In this document: positions 17,227 through 21,913 of the stretch, in pieces
Numbering within the stretch: the first letter of the stretch is position 1
Layout of the letters: every line of letters starts with the position of its first letter
Origin: Vulcanisaeta sp. AZ3
GTDB taxonomy: Archaea; Thermoproteota; Thermoprotei; Thermoproteales; Thermocladiaceae
NCBI GenBank assembly: GCA_000960865.2
Contig: JZWU02000028.1
Location: 1 to 21,913 of the forward strand
Direction of reading: 5' to 3'
DNA length: 21,913 nt
The notes under the pieces: model-generated
Told to the model about the DNA's origin: nothing
Database searches by the model: none
Seen by the model: the letters and a program-made list of their open reading frames with translations, nothing else
Translations under genes and position numbers: made by a program

Positions 17227-17940
17227 TTGCTTTTATGGCTTAATGTGTTTGTCCTTGTAGATCTTGATGGAACATTACTGCCATTGGAGGCTTGGGATCC
17301 TGTGTTTCAGGATGCTAGTGAGGTTATAGCTAAGGAGGTTGGGATTGATTGGAGGGTTGTGTTTCAAGAGGCTAAGAAGTTGAATATGGAGTTGATGCGT
17401 GGGTTTAGTATTAAGGCGTTCGATTGGGATTATATATTTATGGAGGTGGCGAGTAGGTTTGGTGTGTCGGTTAATGTTGACATTGAGGAGTTGTTAATGA
17501 GGCGTGTGATGGAGTTTAAGCCGTATGATGGATCGATGGAGTTTCTAAAGTTGATTAAGAGCCTTGGTTATGGAGTGATTATTGCTACTAATGGGTGGTA
17601 TAAGTATCAGTCTATAGTTATTGAGAGGTTAGGTTTCTCTCAATTCGTAGATGGTATTAGGACTCCGGATATCGTTGGCTGCCCAAAGAATTGCTGTGAG
17701 TTCTTTAGGGATGGTATTATTATGGTTGGCGATAATCCATTATTCGATGTATATTACCCATCGATGTGCGGCCTGGCTACATTATTTATTGGCGATTGGA
17801 ATAATAGGTTAAGTTATGTTAGGAATGTGTGGAGTTTAGATTTGTCCGCAATAAAGCCCACTTATTCCTTTAGGAGTATTAAGGATACTGTGCAGGCAAT
17901 TACTGAGATACTTTATGGATATTCGCGGGTGGGATCCTGA
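17227..17940 (+). CDS. HAD-superfamily hydrolase
   Basis: Motifs VDLDGTL, IATNG, PK and MVGDNPLFD. The start is probably GTG 17245, with CTTAAA at about 17215-17220. Confidence 0.92.
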   Translation: MLLWLNVFVLVDLDGTLLPLEAWDPVFQDASEVIAKEVGIDWRVVFQEAKKLNMELMRGFSIKAFDWDYIFMEVASRFGVSVNVDIEELLMRRVMEFKPYDGSMEFLKLIKSLGYGVIIATNGWYKYQSIVIERLGFSQFVDGIRTPDIVGCPKNCCEFFRDGIIMVGDNPLFDVYYPSMCGLATLFIGDWNNRLSYVRNVWSLDLSAIKPTYSFRSIKDTVQAITEILYGYSRVGS

Positions 17941-18397
17941 ACTTTATGAAATAAATTGTTACTATTGTGAAGTCTATTATTATCATTATATGCATTATTG
18001 TGCAGTAAATGCATAGTGCATGTAGTATGTATGTCTCTACGTAAATTAGGTAGGGGACTATGGCTATACCTAGGAATCTCCAGTAAAATAATGTTTTAAT
18101 GGCAATAATAGCTAGTCGTTGTGGACCAACATCATAAGTGAGTACAAGGGCTATGTTTATCGTGAACCAAATGGCTGCAAGTAGGTCCAGGGGTATGCCG
18201 TGAATGTCGGCATAGCTGCTTGAGAGTACACGGACACAGTCAATTGTTACTCCTGGAAATGGTGATTTAAATGCTGTGCAGAGTGGTGGTGCTTCATGTA
18301 AATAGTAGTACGTGTATACAACGATTGATGATGCGAATAATCCTATTGCTGAGAACATGAGCATTAGTACTAGCCACTTACTTATTAGTCGTGCCAT
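17900..18397 (-). CDS. Vitamin K epoxide reductase (VKOR) family protein
   Basis: Four TM helices, a loop Cys pair (PPLC...IDCVRVLSSSYA), GIPL, and active-site CIYC. Confidence 0.93.
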   Translation of the reverse strand: MARLISKWLVLMLMFSAIGLFASSIVVYTYYYLHEAPPLCTAFKSPFPGVTIDCVRVLSSSYADIHGIPLDLLAAIWFTINIALVLTYDVGPQRLAIIAIKTLFYWRFLGIAIVPYLIYVETYILHALCIYCTIMHIMIIIDFTIVTIYFIKFRIPPANIHKVSQ

Positions 18398-18499
18398 GAC
18401 TGGTGTTGCTTCGCTTAAGAACCTTATTAAGCACTGCTCTCAAATTATTTCTCTGCACTATAGGGCTCAATGTTTTTATTTAGATATGTGTTGAGGCTT

Positions 18500-20488
18500 A
18501 TGATGAGTGAGGTTGGTAAGAGAGTAATATTTCATGAATTATTGACGCCCGAGGAGGCATTAAATAAGATCTTTAGTACTGTTAGGATCGAACCGTTGAG
18601 CACTGAGGTTATTAGTATTGAGGAGAGCTATGGTAGGGTTTTGGCAAAGGATGTTTACTCGCCAATTGATGTTCCACCTTTCGATAGGTCTACCATGGAT
18701 GGATTTGCCGTGAGGGCTGAGGATACCTTTGGTGCTGATGAGCTTAACCCAATTAGGCTCAGAGTTATTAGCAATGTTGAGACTGGTGCTGAAGAGTTAC
18801 CTAGGGTGGATCGTGGTGAGTCTGTTGAGATAGCCACTGGGGCTCCAATGCCGCCTGGTGCTAATGCTGTGGTTATGGTTGAGTATACGAAGAGGGTTGG
18901 CAATGAGTTAACTGTATTTCGTTCGGTAACGCCTGGTGAGAATGTAATGTCTGCTGGTTCGGATGTTATGGTGGGTGAGTTGATACTTAGGAGATGTACT
19001 GTGATTAGGGAGAGGGAGGTTGGGTTGTTGGCTGCGGTTGGTTTAAAGGAGATTGAGGTGTTTAGGAGACCTAGGGTTGCTGTAATATCGACTGGTAATG
19101 AATTGGTAAGCCCTGGCAGTAAGTTAGGGCTTGGCAAGATTTACGATATTAATACGTATACAATATCGCATGCCGTTAGGTCCATGAACGCTGAACCAAT
19201 GATTATGGGTATTGTTAAGGATGATATTAATGAAATGAGAAATATAATAGACAAGGCTTTAAGCGTGAGTGATTTAGTCTTGCTCTCGGGAGGTACGTCG
19301 GCTGGCCTTGCGGATTTGACGTATCGTGTTCTTGATGAGGTAGGGCCCCCTGGTATAATTATTCATGGGCTTAAGGTTAAGCCTGGTAAGCCCACTGTTG
19401 TTGCAGTATCTAGGGAGGGAAAGCTTGTGATTGGTTTGCCTGGATATCCAAGTTCTGCTTTGATGATATTTAACATAATAGTTAAGCCAATCTTGGCTAA
19501 GATGCTATGTACCAGTGTTGATGAAGTTAAGGTGAGAGCTAAACTTGCAATTAGGGCTGAGGGTGCGAAGGGTAGAAGGGCTCTTTATCCAGTTAGTCTT
19601 GTGGATATAGGACACGGGGTTGTGGCTTATCCATTATCTGCTGAGTCTGGGGCGATTAGTACTTTGGCTTTTGCAGATGGTTTTATGGTTATTCCTGAGA
19701 CTATGGAGTATATGGATAGTGGAGATGAAGTTGAAGTAGTATTATTTACTCATCAGTACATGCCCGCTAACCTCTACATAATTGGTTCCCACGATTTAGG
19801 ACTTGACGTATTAATACCCATGCTGCCTGGCTTCGTGAAGGCTAGAGTGATTAATGTGGGTTCGATGGGTGGTCTTTACGCCGTCAAGCGTGGTGAGGCT
19901 GACGTTGCAGGACTTCACTTAGTTGACGAGGAGTCTGGGCAGTACAACGTGCCTTACATGGTTAAGTATGATGTAGATAATGCTGTGCTCATTAGGGGTT
20001 ACTTTAGGGAACAAGGATTGATTGTGCCTAAGGGGAACCCGAGGGGTGTGGGTAGTATTGAGGATATTGTTAGGCTTAACCTTAGGGTTGTTAATAGGAA
20101 TAAAGGTGCTGGAACGAGATTCCTATTTGATATAAAGCTAAGGGAGATCGCTAATAGGATGAATATTAAGTTTGAGGACTTGGTTAAGAACGTGCCTGGG
20201 TATTACTATGAGGTTAGGACTCACACAGCTGTGGCAGCTGCTATTGCTCAGGGAAAAGCTGATGTTGGTGTTGGTATTAGAGCTGCGGCTGCTATGTATG
20301 GACTTGACTTCATACCCCTTGGTTGGGAGTATTATGATTTTGCAATACCAATTGATAGATTAGATAAGGATAGCGTGAGGGCATTCTTAAACATGCTTAG
20401 GGACGCAGAGTTTAAGGAGAGACTTGAGAAGTTACCTGGTTATAAGGTTCCCAACGATATTGGTGAGGTAATATGGAGAAAACAATGA
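18500..20488 (+). CDS. moeA: Molybdopterin molybdenumtransferase MoeA fused to a C-terminal PBP-like (molybdate/tungstate-binding) domain
   Basis: PPFDRSTMDGFAV, IATGAPMPPGA, STGNEL, SGGTSAG, KPGKP and GLPGYP. The C-terminal domain has GSHD, GSMGGL, NRNKGAGTR and THTAVA. Start placed at ATG 18500/18503, after TTTTTATTTA. Confidence 0.95.
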   Translation: MMSEVGKRVIFHELLTPEEALNKIFSTVRIEPLSTEVISIEESYGRVLAKDVYSPIDVPPFDRSTMDGFAVRAEDTFGADELNPIRLRVISNVETGAEELPRVDRGESVEIATGAPMPPGANAVVMVEYTKRVGNELTVFRSVTPGENVMSAGSDVMVGELILRRCTVIREREVGLLAAVGLKEIEVFRRPRVAVISTGNELVSPGSKLGLGKIYDINTYTISHAVRSMNAEPMIMGIVKDDINEMRNIIDKALSVSDLVLLSGGTSAGLADLTYRVLDEVGPPGIIIHGLKVKPGKPTVVAVSREGKLVIGLPGYPSSALMIFNIIVKPILAKMLCTSVDEVKVRAKLAIRAEGAKGRRALYPVSLVDIGHGVVAYPLSAESGAISTLAFADGFMVIPETMEYMDSGDEVEVVLFTHQYMPANLYIIGSHDLGLDVLIPMLPGFVKARVINVGSMGGLYAVKRGEADVAGLHLVDEESGQYNVPYMVKYDVDNAVLIRGYFREQGLIVPKGNPRGVGSIEDIVRLNLRVVNRNKGAGTRFLFDIKLREIANRMNIKFEDLVKNVPGYYYEVRTHTAVAAAIAQGKADVGVGIRAAAAMYGLDFIPLGWEYYDFAIPIDRLDKDSVRAFLNMLRDAEFKERLEKLPGYKVPNDIGEVIWRKQ

Positions 20489-20516
20489 TTTTAAAATTAG
20501 AGTTTCATTATTCATG

Positions 20517-21913
20517 TCACCTCGGTACTTTATCAACGAAGTAAACCTTCTTGAGTTTCTTATAAAATGCAACCCTTGAATTTACAAAGTCGATTAACTC
20601 CTTATCACTAATCTTACCCTTATATTCATCCTTAAGGACCACGTAAGCCACGGGAATTTGACCAATAGATGGATCCTCCGACTGTTCACCCGTTACGAAT
20701 ACCTCCTTAACGGCTGGGTGTTTCATCAATATTATTTCTAGGTCTCTCGGGAATATTGGATAACCCTTATACTTAATCATCCTCTTCTTAACACCCCTAA
20801 AGTAAAGTAAGCCTCTCTCATCCATCGCCATCAAATCTCCAGTCAATAGCCAACCATTGAAGAAAGCCTTCCTAGTATCCTCAGGGTCTGAGTAGCCCCT
20901 CATAATCCACGGTGCCTTAACCATTAACTCCCCAACCTCACCTATGCCTAACTCCTTACTTGGGTTATTTGGATCCACTATCTTTAACTCTACGTCAGGT
21001 ATGGCAGAACCAACAGTGCCCGTCACATCCTTATACTGGAGAGGCTGTACAGTCAGTACATAGGCTTCGGTTAACCCATAGAACTGCACGAGTGGAATAC
21101 TGAACCTCTGATAGAAACCTAGTTGTGTTGATGGTGATAATGGGGCAGCTGCGGAGAGAACTATCTTAAGTGTTGATAGCTTTCCTGGATCTAGGCTCTT
21201 ATTATTTAATAATTGATCGAACATTAACGGAACTCCAGCAAAGACAGTCGCACCATACTTACTAATGAATTCAGGTGCATCATTAATGTTGAAGTGCCTC
21301 ATTATGACTGCCCTAGAACCCCTAACAAATGATGATAGAAATTCCGTTAATCCTAGGATGTGGGCTAATTGAACGGCTACAAGGACAACATCACTAGGGC
21401 CTAGATTAATGGACTCACCGAAGGCATAAGGCCCTGAGTATAGACTGAAGTATGTATGCCATACCTGCATTGTCCTACCTGCAATACCTGCGTAGAAGTA
21501 AATCAAGCCGATGTCATTCCTACCTACATTATTCGGTTTAAACTCTGGCGATGAACCACTTAACAAATCATTAAAGTTAATAGCATTACCTGAGTAGTTA
21601 ACACCCACAACTTTAAACTTTGACAATAACCATCCCTCCCTTCCGATTACATCACCATCAGCAATGACGACTTTAGGTGAAGAATCAGTTAATTGGTATT
21701 CCAAGTCCTCGGACACTGTCAGTGGATCTATAATTACGGCAGACGCGCCCAGCATCCAAGTGGCGAAGAGTGATATGACTTCTTCGATACTGTTACTCAT
21801 GACTATACCAACTCTATCACCATAACCAACACCTAAACCACTCAATGCATTGGCAAGTCTTGCTGACTTATCGTAAAGCTCTCCATACGTCAGTACTCTA
21901 CCTCTCTCATCAA
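20517..21913 (-). CDS. ANL-superfamily acyl-CoA synthetase-like protein with degenerate catalytic motifs; 5' end lies beyond the window
   Basis: The frame is open to the window edge (DERGRVLTYGEL...). YGLTE, GEL, GWLLTGD and HPAV are present. The P-loop reads YFYAGIAGRTMQ and the protein ends at VDKVPR. Confidence 0.9.
   Translation of the reverse strand, partial: DERGRVLTYGELYDKSARLANALSGLGVGYGDRVGIVMSNSIEEVISLFATWMLGASAVIIDPLTVSEDLEYQLTDSSPKVVIADGDVIGREGWLLSKFKVVGVNYSGNAINFNDLLSGSSPEFKPNNVGRNDIGLIYFYAGIAGRTMQVWHTYFSLYSGPYAFGESINLGPSDVVLVAVQLAHILGLTEFLSSFVRGSRAVIMRHFNINDAPEFISKYGATVFAGVPLMFDQLLNNKSLDPGKLSTLKIVLSAAAPLSPSTQLGFYQRFSIPLVQFYGLTEAYVLTVQPLQYKDVTGTVGSAIPDVELKIVDPNNPSKELGIGEVGELMVKAPWIMRGYSDPEDTRKAFFNGWLLTGDLMAMDERGLLYFRGVKKRMIKYKGYPIFPRDLEIILMKHPAVKEVFVTGEQSEDPSIGQIPVAYVVLKDEYKGKISDKELIDFVNSRVAFYKKLKKVYFVDKVPR

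Noticed and set aside
18500-20488. MoeA-PBP fusion as a novelty
   Set aside because: This fusion is a known and widespread architecture in archaea.

Overview
Gene-dense archaeal chromosomal window. Gene families, AGG-rich codons and TATA boxes about 25-30 nt ahead of start codons suggest a Thermoproteales crenarchaeon, probably Vulcanisaeta-like (inference, not verified). It holds about 21 CDS: a partial MFS transporter, a frameshifted Roadblock/LC7 gene, a hypothetical protein, an MMPL/RND transporter, an orphan LolD/MacB-type ABC ATPase, a large membrane-anchored coiled-coil protein, folE, a DUF54 RNA-binding protein, ilvD, a PEBP protein, a DrrAB-type ABC exporter, a YkgJ Cys-cluster protein, two HAD hydrolases, gch3, a membrane-anchored winged-helix regulator, a secreted helical protein, VKOR, a MoeA-PBP fusion and a partial acyl-CoA synthetase-like gene. 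I saw no rRNA, tRNA, CRISPR array or mobile element. The best candidates for undescribed biology are: (1) the MMPL + permease-less ABC ATPase + glycosylated coiled-coil module, a possible archaeal envelope export machine; (2) a transmembrane one-component regulator beside a secreted protein whose promoter has a phased TGAAAC operator-like array; (3) an acyl-CoA synthetase homolog with a degenerate P-loop and no catalytic A10 lysine; (4) a 1-nt frameshift in the Roadblock gene.
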